A stretch of DNA of 46,305 bases, from positions 1 to 46,305 of IMG/VR virus record IMGVR_UViG_3300010043_000005; one strand, 5' to 3'. Shown here piece by piece: positions 38,663-46,304 of this stretch. The position numbers and the translations under genes are program-made. The stretch's first letter is position 1. Each line of letters begins with the position of its first letter. This stretch comes from a virus (taxonomy: Duplodnaviria > Caudoviricetes). The notes beneath the pieces are model-generated. The model ran no database searches. It saw nothing but the letters and a program-made list of their open reading frames with translations, and had not been told where the DNA came from.

Positions 38663-39430
38663 ATGGCAGTCCCTGTCCCAGTCAGCCTGACAATGCAGAA
38701 AGTGCCGATCGGCTGGAAAGGCACTTCGCTTCTTGATGTCGCTAAGCTCGTGACCTCCCTGATCTCGGGCTCCATGAACATCAGCCTGATTGTGGGCCGG
38801 GTCGGTGGACCCCAGCCTGGGACTAACGTCGGCCCTTGGATCAACGGAGACGAATGGTGGTTCTGGGATCCTACCTACGGCTACGTCCCAAGCCAGCAAG
38901 GCTGTCCGATCGGCACCGTGGCCATGTGGGGCGGAGGCAACCCTCCGGCACGCTGGCTTTTGTGCGATCACGCTTTTGTCTCAACGGTGACCTATGCGCG
39001 GCTTTTCGGGGCGATCGGCTATACCTGGGGCGCAGCCGCTGGAGCCTTCCGCCTGCCTCCCGGTGGCCGTTTCTACTTTAATGCGAACGCCTCTAACACC
39101 GACATTGATCCCAATGTGCCCAGTAACGGCAGCGACGTCGCAAGCCAAGGTGGGGCGCAAAGCGCTCTTTTCAGCGCAGCTTGTCTTCCGGCACTCGTCA
39201 TAGAGGTCCCCTACCAGAACCCTTCGATTCAAGACCTTGGCTCCGGCGCAAGTCCCAACGCGACCGCTGCGACCCCGGGAGCGCCTACGGGTCCTTACAA
39301 CGCTTACCCGGTCCTTAACAACGAGGTCCGAGACGGCTACTTAGCGCCTTTGCCTGCCGGTGGCACCCAGCAGCCGACCCCAACGATGCCGCCCTTTGCC
39401 TTGTGTAACTTCATCATCAAATACCTTTAG
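38663..39430 (+). CDS. Tail collar domain protein, paralogue 2
   Basis: PIGTVAMWGG..PPARWLLCD...FRLP; MPPF..NFIIK. Confidence 0.8.
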   Translation: MAVPVPVSLTMQKVPIGWKGTSLLDVAKLVTSLISGSMNISLIVGRVGGPQPGTNVGPWINGDEWWFWDPTYGYVPSQQGCPIGTVAMWGGGNPPARWLLCDHAFVSTVTYARLFGAIGYTWGAAAGAFRLPPGGRFYFNANASNTDIDPNVPSNGSDVASQGGAQSALFSAACLPALVIEVPYQNPSIQDLGSGASPNATAATPGAPTGPYNAYPVLNNEVRDGYLAPLPAGGTQQPTPTMPPFALCNFIIKYL

Positions 39431-39432
39431 CC

Positions 39433-40239
39433 ATGGCCGTTCCTGTCCCTATCGACCTGTCAGTCGCCGCAGCTCCGCAAGGCTGGGGCGGCGACGTCCA
39501 AGACTTCGCGACGCTCTTTCTGGAATCGGTCTCGGGGCAGCTCGACCCAACCTATTTAATCGGAGTTGTAGGAGGTCCGATCCCTACCCACGACGAGGGC
39601 CCCTATTTTGACGGCGCGGAATGGTGGTTCTTTGACCCGCTGACCGGCCAGTACCAGCCCGGCGACCAAGGGTGCCCGATCGGCACCATTGCCATGTGGG
39701 GCGGCGTGGGCGCTCCGGCGCGCTGGCTTCTTTGCGATGGACGCAATGTCTCGCGTTTTACCTACTCGCGCCTCTTCCAGCGCATTGGGACGACCTGGGG
39801 CGTCGGCGACGGCCAGTCCAGCTTCGGCCTGCCGCCAGCTGGCAAGTTTTACGTGAACGCTGCAGGCTTTGTCGCCGCTGCCCAGGTGCCGATCGACGCG
39901 CTGCCGCAGCCGCAGCCCCCGGGAGTGACGGCTACCGATTACCCGAGCTCAGGGCCCGGCGCACGCGGCGGAGCGCAGCTCTCAGGCTTAATGCTTGCAA
40001 CCGATCTGCCTTCGCTAGCAGTCCAGTTGCGGTGGAACTACGACAACTACTCAGGCGGTACTCCGCAAAACCCGGGGGGCAATATCGCCAATTTGCAGTG
40101 GGCCACTTCCACCGCTGGCACCGCTTCCATGCAATTTCTAGTCTATCAACCTAACGGCACGCCGACCGGCAAAAACCAAGAGCAGTTCTCGGTGATGCCG
40201 CCTTACGCCATGATGAATCACATCATCAAATACCAATGA
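39433..40239 (+). CDS. Tail collar domain protein, paralogue 3
   Basis: PIGTIAMWGG..APARWLLCDG..GDGQSSFGLP; MPPY..NHIIK. Confidence 0.8.
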   Translation: MAVPVPIDLSVAAAPQGWGGDVQDFATLFLESVSGQLDPTYLIGVVGGPIPTHDEGPYFDGAEWWFFDPLTGQYQPGDQGCPIGTIAMWGGVGAPARWLLCDGRNVSRFTYSRLFQRIGTTWGVGDGQSSFGLPPAGKFYVNAAGFVAAAQVPIDALPQPQPPGVTATDYPSSGPGARGGAQLSGLMLATDLPSLAVQLRWNYDNYSGGTPQNPGGNIANLQWATSTAGTASMQFLVYQPNGTPTGKNQEQFSVMPPYAMMNHIIKYQ

Positions 40240-40683
40240 ATGCCGATGAAGAAAAAGAGCTCTCCGATGCCTGGGACCAATGGTTCATCTGGCTCTTTGC
40301 CAGCTGGGAATACCCTGAGGCATACGATCTCACAGGTCCGCTTGGATAACTGGGACTCGGTCAAGCTCTGGGATTTGGAGGCTTTCGCGGCTGAATGCGG
40401 CCACGCGCTCCAGCCGGTGTTCCCCATTTTTCTCGTCCTGGTCGACCAAGCCCTGGCCGCGTTTTACTACGCGCACCCGGTTGTGACGATTCGTCCGACT
40501 GTCCATCCTATGCTGCTCAGTCCGCGTGCCTTTCACGACGCGGCCAAGAGCGTCATCGCTTACACGCGCTCCTTCGGCGACCCGCTCTGGCTGATCGACG
40601 AAAAAAGCAAGTTGGCTAGCGCCCCGCTTTTGGCTAAGCTGGGCCTCGAGCACGAAAGAGTTAGCGTCTTTGGAGTACGCTAA
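40240..40683 (+). CDS. Hypothetical protein at the position of T7 gp13 / P22 gp14-like (GNAT-like) genes
   Basis: 147 aa between tail and ejection-protein genes; the fold is inferred from position only. Confidence 0.45.
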   Translation: MPMKKKSSPMPGTNGSSGSLPAGNTLRHTISQVRLDNWDSVKLWDLEAFAAECGHALQPVFPIFLVLVDQALAAFYYAHPVVTIRPTVHPMLLSPRAFHDAAKSVIAYTRSFGDPLWLIDEKSKLASAPLLAKLGLEHERVSVFGVR

Positions 40684-41540
40684 TGCCGACCCAAGCCCCT
40701 ACTATCCCCAAGCCCCAGAACCCGGGGCAGATGCCTGCTTTTATCTCGGCTAACCCGCAGCAGATCGAGAATCAAGCCGTGAGCATGGATCAGCAGGCTT
40801 ACGGCCTATCCGATGCCGACTTCCGCCAGCGTTATCCCCAGCTCTATAACGCCCAGCAGACGTTCATGAACAATCTGAACAGCCAGATGAGCGGGAACAT
40901 CACCCCGCAGCTGCAGAATCTCTGGACGCAGAGCGGTCTCACCGGGGCCCTGGGCGCGACCGGCGGCTGGTCACTGGGAAGCGGCACAACCGGCATGGCG
41001 AACATCGCCAGGAATCTGGGGCTCAACCAGAGGCAGTACCAGCAAGACCTGCTCAACCAGTTCCAGACGGCCAACTCGACTTTCACTCCCAGGACTTTCG
41101 GCGTCTCCGGCGCGGACGCGGCCAACATCGCCCTTTCCAACATCGCGGGGCAGAACAACTGGAACCAAGCAAATTACGCGTACAAGGTCCAAGAGAGCCA
41201 GTACGCGACAGGGCTAGCGGCTCAGCAAGCGGTCGCAAGCGCTAACGCGGCCAACGCGCAGACCCAAGGTCTGATTGGCGGGGGAACCAGCGCCTTATCT
41301 GCTCTGGCCGTAGTGGCATTCTGCTGGGTCGCCAGGGCCTGCTACGGCCCCTACAGCGCTGGATTCTGGCGCTTCCGCTACATCATGCTTACCCGGGCTC
41401 CGGCGTGGCTTAAAAGAGCGTATAGACACTTCGGCCCAGGCGTGGCAGAATGGCTCGCTACCTCAAAAGCCAGGGGGCTAGTCGCTATTTTGTTGAGGCT
41501 GGCCACTTGGCGATTCCGATGGGCGATCCTTCCGATTTAG
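40683..41540 (+). CDS. Internal virion / DNA ejection (pilot-like) protein with C-terminal CFI-box-like domain
   Basis: Q/N/A/G-rich body, hydrophobic GLIGGGTSALSALAVVAF, then CWVARACYG...FR...AY...GP.VAEWL. Confidence 0.6.
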   Translation: MPTQAPTIPKPQNPGQMPAFISANPQQIENQAVSMDQQAYGLSDADFRQRYPQLYNAQQTFMNNLNSQMSGNITPQLQNLWTQSGLTGALGATGGWSLGSGTTGMANIARNLGLNQRQYQQDLLNQFQTANSTFTPRTFGVSGADAANIALSNIAGQNNWNQANYAYKVQESQYATGLAAQQAVASANAANAQTQGLIGGGTSALSALAVVAFCWVARACYGPYSAGFWRFRYIMLTRAPAWLKRAYRHFGPGVAEWLATSKARGLVAILLRLATWRFRWAILPI

Positions 41541-41550
41541 CCCGACCTAA

Positions 41551-41579
41551 ATTAATCTCCACCTTTTGTGGAGATTAAT
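41551..41579 (+). promoter_or_regulatory. Perfect 12-bp inverted repeat covering the ycaO ribosome-binding site
   Basis: ATTAATCTCCAC-ctttt-GTGGAGATTAAT; GGAG at 41570-41573; ATG at 41583. Confidence 0.65.
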
Positions 41580-41582
41580 GCC

Positions 41583-42851
41583 ATGTCAACACTAGGATAT
41601 CTCGCTAACCCTTCGCGAAGCGCTGAGCGCCAGGACCTTGCAGAAACCATCTGGCGTCTGCCGTATTCCAGACTGGAGAAGTATGGGATCACTTCTTACC
41701 GCGAAATCACCGGCCTCGATATCATCGGGATCCCAATCTGGATCGCGCACCGGCCCCTGTCCTCGACGATCTCGGTGACCGCCGGTAAGAACCCCGATCG
41801 GATGCTAGCCGCAGTCGGCTCAATCACCGAGGCGATCGAGTTCTGGGCCAGCGAACAGCCCCAAGGCAAATATCACTTGATGAGCTGGCGGCAGATGGAT
41901 GAGATGGGCCGTTCGGGGGACGAACCCCGCATCGCCTTGACCGGCGCTGAGCTCTTGGACCTGCAAGACTACCCGCTAGCTAGGGATAACGTGCTGGACG
42001 AGAACACGCCCATTGCCTGGGAGATGGTCGAAGGGATCGGGGAGGGGATGCCCCTTGCCTGGATGCCCAGCCACTTGATCTGGCTTAAAGACCGGGTCGC
42101 CATGCAGTTCCTTGACGTCCAGCAGAGCTCTAACGGCCTAGCGAGCGGCACCAGCCAGGAGGACGCGCTCTTGCAGGCCCTCTATGAGCTAGTCGAGCGC
42201 GACGGGTGGACTATCAATTACCACTTGCGTAGCACCCTTGGCCTGCCGCCTGTCCCGATCTCGCTAGTGAACCTCCCGCCGGAGCTTGCCTGGAGCATCG
42301 GCCTCATCCGCCAAGCTGGCCTCTGGCCCATGCTCTTTGACTGCACGCAAAGCGACCTGCACATTCCCGTGTGCGGGTGCGCCCTGTTTGGCCGTGATAA
42401 CGTTGGGCTCTTCGGCGGCTACGGGGCGCATCTCTCCTTCCGAGTCGCCGCCCAGCGCGCGATCATCGAGGCCGTGCAAAGCCGTCTGTGCTACATCTCC
42501 GGCGCTCGAGACGATCTCTACCGGCGCGACTTTATCGTCATGAAACAGACGGCCACTGAGAAGCTCATTCGCCAGCTCGAGAACCTCCCTACGACCGAGA
42601 TTGACTGGGAGCTCGACACTCAGTACGAGGGCCCGATTGAAGAGCTCCGCGCCCTGGTGTCACGGCTCAACTCCGCCGGGATAAAGCGCCTTTACTTTCG
42701 CACCCTGGCACAAGAGGATTTCGGCATCCACACGCTGCACGTGGTCAAGGCCATTGCCCCGCAACTCGAAGGCGTACACTGCGAGTATTGGCGCACCAAT
42801 GGCCGGGCTACCGCAGCGCTGGCCAAATACATGAAAGACCATGGAGCCTAA
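41583..42851 (+). CDS. ycaO: YcaO-family ATP-dependent amide-activating enzyme, TfuA-associated (thioamide-forming) type; alternative start GTG 41568
   Basis: YGIT...ITGLDIIGIP....RP...SVTAGK.....EAIE; SSNGLASG...ALYELVERD; GYGAH; EAVQSRL..ISGARDDL; APQLEG. Confidence 0.95.
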   Translation: MSTLGYLANPSRSAERQDLAETIWRLPYSRLEKYGITSYREITGLDIIGIPIWIAHRPLSSTISVTAGKNPDRMLAAVGSITEAIEFWASEQPQGKYHLMSWRQMDEMGRSGDEPRIALTGAELLDLQDYPLARDNVLDENTPIAWEMVEGIGEGMPLAWMPSHLIWLKDRVAMQFLDVQQSSNGLASGTSQEDALLQALYELVERDGWTINYHLRSTLGLPPVPISLVNLPPELAWSIGLIRQAGLWPMLFDCTQSDLHIPVCGCALFGRDNVGLFGGYGAHLSFRVAAQRAIIEAVQSRLCYISGARDDLYRRDFIVMKQTATEKLIRQLENLPTTEIDWELDTQYEGPIEELRALVSRLNSAGIKRLYFRTLAQEDFGIHTLHVVKAIAPQLEGVHCEYWRTNGRATAALAKYMKDHGA

Positions 42852-43146
42852 GCATACGCGCAATAGCCCCAGGCTGACTCCCTGTTGCGGCTACCTTGTC
42901 GACTGCTCGGCACCAAGCCCGGGTGAGCCAGACCAGCAGGCCGTGGCGGAGGCCGGGGACGTCAGCGCCTGTTTTAACTGCGGGACGTGGCTAGTCTTTA
43001 CCGACAAGGAAGGCGGCTTGCGTAAGATGACCGATAGAGAGAAACGCAAGCTGCACCCTGAGAGCCTGCGCGAGCTCTGCAGGCTGACCAGCATGATAAA
43101 GAAGCTCGGGCCTCCGCCTTCAGTGCGACAACGTAAGTTCAGCTAA
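42841..43146 (+). CDS. Small Cys-rich (zinc-ribbon-like) protein
   Basis: PCCG...DC...GDVSACFNCG; overlaps the ycaO stop codon. Confidence 0.65.
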   Translation: MEPKHTRNSPRLTPCCGYLVDCSAPSPGEPDQQAVAEAGDVSACFNCGTWLVFTDKEGGLRKMTDREKRKLHPESLRELCRLTSMIKKLGPPPSVRQRKFS

Positions 43147-43277
43147 TGGAACCGAAATCTGACAAGGAACGCATCGAGCAGCTCGAAAACGCTGAGAGCC
43201 TCGAAGATATCCGCAAGGCGCTGGAGGGGCTCACAGATGAGGATCGCGAGTGGCTAGCTATGGGGGGATTTGTGTGA
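43146..43277 (+). CDS. 43-aa acidic peptide, candidate precursor/leader peptide (absent from ORF track)
   Basis: MEPKSDKERIEQLENAESLEDIRKALEGLTDEDREWLAMGGFV*; TAATG coupling upstream and GTGA coupling to tfuA downstream. Confidence 0.65.
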   Translation: MEPKSDKERIEQLENAESLEDIRKALEGLTDEDREWLAMGGFV

Positions 43278-44614
43278 GCGAAGCGCCTGAAAAGGTCCTT
43301 GTTTACTCCGGCCCGAGCCTGGATCCAGAGACGATCCGCGAGGTCTTGCCTGAGGCGATCGTGATGCCTCCGGCGCGCCAAGGCGACGTCATCAGCCACG
43401 CGATGGAGTACGAGCCCTCGCACATTCTGCTCGTCGAGGGGACCTTCCATCAGTCGCTCTCGGTCTGGCACAAAGAGCTCTGCTGGTGCTTACAGATCCC
43501 AGGCGTCAAAGGCGTTTACGGTGCCGCTTCGATGGGTGCCTTGCGCGCTGCCGATCTTTGGAGCTGCGGCATGATCGGTTCAGGCCGGATTTATGAGTGG
43601 TACAACGAAGGCGTCGTGACCGACGAGAGCGAAGTCGCTAACGCCTACCGGCCAAAGCCTGACGGCTCTTTTATCGCGCTGACCGTTCCCCTGGTCAACG
43701 TGCGCGGAGCGCTCCTCAAGGCCAACGTGGCGATCGAGCGCGCCGACGAGCTCTTCTCTATCGCCCAGGCGATCCACTGGAGCGAACGCTCCCTTAAACA
43801 GCTACCGGAAGACCTGCAGGGCATGCTAGCCGCGCACAATCAGAAGGCGATTGACGCGCTGCAGCTTTTGTACACCTTCCGAGAGCTCAAGGCCCAACCG
43901 GATTCGAAGCTCCCCGGGACGGAAGCCTTGAGCCTTCTCTTTAGCGCCCAGTTCGAGCGCGACCGCTCGGTGCCGGTCAATAACCGGCCTCTCAAGCTGC
44001 AGGACCTGGATGCCTACATCACCCTCCACGACCAGGACTACGAGACGCACCTGGGCGATGCCGACAACCGGACCCTCGCCCTGCTCCTGGCCGACATTTA
44101 CCGCATCCCGGTCACAGTGGACGAAATGAACATCGAATGGCAAAAATTCGTCCACCGCCTGGGCCTACGCAGCACCCAGGAGCACGATCAGTGGATGAGA
44201 GCCAACCACCTGAACGGCAGCGAGCTCTGCCGCCTGATGGTTGAAGAGGTCCGCTTGCGCAAGCTGCGCCGGGCCTTAATGACGCGCTCGGGGCCCAGAA
44301 AACGCACCAGCCGCCTGCTAGACTATTTCAAGCTAAACAAGCTCTATGAGTATTGGGCTAACGCTGCCGCGCACCACGAAAAGGCGATCGACTCCCAGGG
44401 CGGCGAGGCCACTCTGTACTTCGGCGGCGAGATCGACGTCTCTCAGCTATTGGCCCAGCACGCCAAGCGCACCGGCCTCACCATCAACCTGCCCCTGGAA
44501 GAGTACGCGCGCGAAATGGGCTTTGGGACCATAAGAGATTTGATGATCGCCCTCGCACGCGATAAGCTCGGCCAATCCGAGTCAGATGGCCACGTTTCTC
44601 CAGAACGCGCTTGA
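43274..44614 (+). CDS. tfuA: TfuA-like protein with C-terminal SurA-N/chaperone-like extension
   Basis: VYSGPSL...PPARQGD...EGTF..SVWHKE...GAASMGALRAADL..GMIGSG.IYEWY..G...DESEVA...LTVPLVNVR...QKAIDA; GTG start at 43274. Confidence 0.93.
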   Translation: MSEAPEKVLVYSGPSLDPETIREVLPEAIVMPPARQGDVISHAMEYEPSHILLVEGTFHQSLSVWHKELCWCLQIPGVKGVYGAASMGALRAADLWSCGMIGSGRIYEWYNEGVVTDESEVANAYRPKPDGSFIALTVPLVNVRGALLKANVAIERADELFSIAQAIHWSERSLKQLPEDLQGMLAAHNQKAIDALQLLYTFRELKAQPDSKLPGTEALSLLFSAQFERDRSVPVNNRPLKLQDLDAYITLHDQDYETHLGDADNRTLALLLADIYRIPVTVDEMNIEWQKFVHRLGLRSTQEHDQWMRANHLNGSELCRLMVEEVRLRKLRRALMTRSGPRKRTSRLLDYFKLNKLYEYWANAAAHHEKAIDSQGGEATLYFGGEIDVSQLLAQHAKRTGLTINLPLEEYAREMGFGTIRDLMIALARDKLGQSESDGHVSPERA

Positions 44615-45242
44615 CCAGTATAACCGGGGCTACAATCAACTCTATGGCAGCACCCGCGCAGAACCTATCTCAGTCGTGCCGGTCGCAAGCCCGGTTAGTG
44701 CCGGGACCCCACGGGATCCGCAGGTCGGACAACCCTTGGGCGCGCCTGATCAATCCACCGACCCAGCCAAGCTCCCGCCTACTGCCACGACATCTCTGGC
44801 TACTAGCAGTATTGGTCATCTGCCTGGGGCGCAGCTCCCGAACCTGAACCTGGGGGCTTCAGCGGCCAGCGGCGGCGGATCCAGCTCGGGCGGCGGGGAC
44901 GGGAACAGCCTGACCCAGTTTTTCCAGAACCTCTTTAGCCAGAACCAGCAAGCCACCGGCCCCATAACTGCAGGCCAAGGCGCTTACGGCACCGTTGGAG
45001 ACTTCGGCACTCCAGCCGCATCCGCAGGCTCGGCAGGCTCGCTAGGCACGATGAGCGGCGGCGGAGGCGCAGGAGCCGGAGCTGGCATCGGTTCGGCGAT
45101 CGGATCGATCATCGGCCAGATCGGCCAGGGTGCGACCCAAGGGCTTAAGAACCTCAACTTCACTTTCACTAACCCCGCTGGGCCGCTTCCCAACCCGGCG
45201 GTCTTTGTGCCTATCCAGTTAGCTCCGGCCACCCAAAGGTAA
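44586..45242 (+). CDS. Gly/Ser-rich putative internal virion protein with glycine zipper
   Basis: GAGAGAGIGSAIGSIIGQIGQG; low complexity; lies in the ejection-protein region. Confidence 0.55.
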   Translation: MATFLQNALDQYNRGYNQLYGSTRAEPISVVPVASPVSAGTPRDPQVGQPLGAPDQSTDPAKLPPTATTSLATSSIGHLPGAQLPNLNLGASAASGGGSSSGGGDGNSLTQFFQNLFSQNQQATGPITAGQGAYGTVGDFGTPAASAGSAGSLGTMSGGGGAGAGAGIGSAIGSIIGQIGQGATQGLKNLNFTFTNPAGPLPNPAVFVPIQLAPATQR

Positions 45243-45246
45243 GCCT

Positions 45247-45909
45247 ATGCCTCAAGCCCCAGCTCAATGGTGGAACCAGCGCTCGACGATCTCGGTTCCA
45301 AACCTGATTACCCCGATGCTTGGCGGCACGCCGACCGCACCGGACGTGATTCAGCATCAGTACATCCCAAACTGGATGGACACGATTTCCAAAGGTGTTG
45401 ATATCGGAGCCAAGCTCGCAGCCCTGCCGCGCGAGGGTGCCGAGAACGCCACTCAGATCGCCCTCCAGCAGATCGCTAAAGAGCAGGCCAAGGCCAACCA
45501 GCAGGCCTACAAGCAGATCATGAAGCAGTACGCCGACAACCCGGTACTGCGCGCCCAGGCCCTTAACGAGCTCAACATGCGCACCGGAGCTCCGATCATC
45601 TCTCCGGCTGGCGCTTCGACCAATCCCAGCTTGCCGTCCCAGGTCTATGGCCCCGGCTACATCCTCCAGAACCCACTGCTCGACGTCCCGCAGATCGTGC
45701 CGAAAACGACCACGCCCCAGCCGCAGACGCCGCAGACGCCGGAGCAGCCTAAGAGCCAGATGGATTCGCAGCTCGACAACTTCACCTCTTCCGCCGTGCC
45801 GACCGTAACGCCGCAGGGCTTCGGCCTTGAACCGGCCCTCTTTTTGGGCAGGCCCCAGTACCAATCTAACCTGACAGGAGGCGCGCTAGCTCCTGCTCCA
45901 ATCGCTTAA
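45247..45909 (+). CDS. Pro/Gln-rich putative internal virion protein
   Basis: 220 aa, co-oriented, 4-nt gap to the previous gene. Confidence 0.55.
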   Translation: MPQAPAQWWNQRSTISVPNLITPMLGGTPTAPDVIQHQYIPNWMDTISKGVDIGAKLAALPREGAENATQIALQQIAKEQAKANQQAYKQIMKQYADNPVLRAQALNELNMRTGAPIISPAGASTNPSLPSQVYGPGYILQNPLLDVPQIVPKTTTPQPQTPQTPEQPKSQMDSQLDNFTSSAVPTVTPQGFGLEPALFLGRPQYQSNLTGGALAPAPIA

Positions 45910-45914
45910 AGCCT

Positions 45915-46304
45915 ATGGCCGCTGAAGCTTACGATGAGATCCCAACGCTGATCCCTCAAGACTTGGGGCCAGACGCGGTCAAAGCCCAGAACCAAGCTTT
46001 TCGCAAAGCGGTGCAGGCCCAGACCGGCACCTTCCTGGGCTATCACAACACGATGCGCGGACGTTTCGAGGTCCGCAATGTGAACGGCCAGCAGATCCTC
46101 ATGCGCACTGACCCCAGCGACCCTACCCAGATCCAAGTCTGGGAGCCGACCGCTCCAGAGCCGCACTCAGTCCCGATCGGCGGCACGCAGTTCGGCGGGG
46201 CCTTGAACGACTTGCGCGCCAGGGTCAGCTCGACCAGCCAGAACCCGCTCACCGGCAACGCCTGGAGTAAAGACGTCGCCGACCCCATGACCGCGAACTA
46301 TGGC
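45915..46304 (+). CDS. Hypothetical, probably internal virion protein; 3' truncated (MAAEAYDEIP...)
   Basis: ATG at 45915 in the same AAGCCTATG context as 45247; frame stays open to the window end. Confidence 0.6.
   Translation, partial: MAAEAYDEIPTLIPQDLGPDAVKAQNQAFRKAVQAQTGTFLGYHNTMRGRFEVRNVNGQQILMRTDPSDPTQIQVWEPTAPEPHSVPIGGTQFGGALNDLRARVSSTSQNPLTGNAWSKDVADPMTANYG

Noticed and set aside
41583-42851. YcaO as an azole-forming (TOMM) cyclodehydratase
   Set aside because: No E1-like partner, no flavin dehydrogenase and no PxP C-terminus; the adjacent TfuA and the ISGARDD motif point to the thioamide type.
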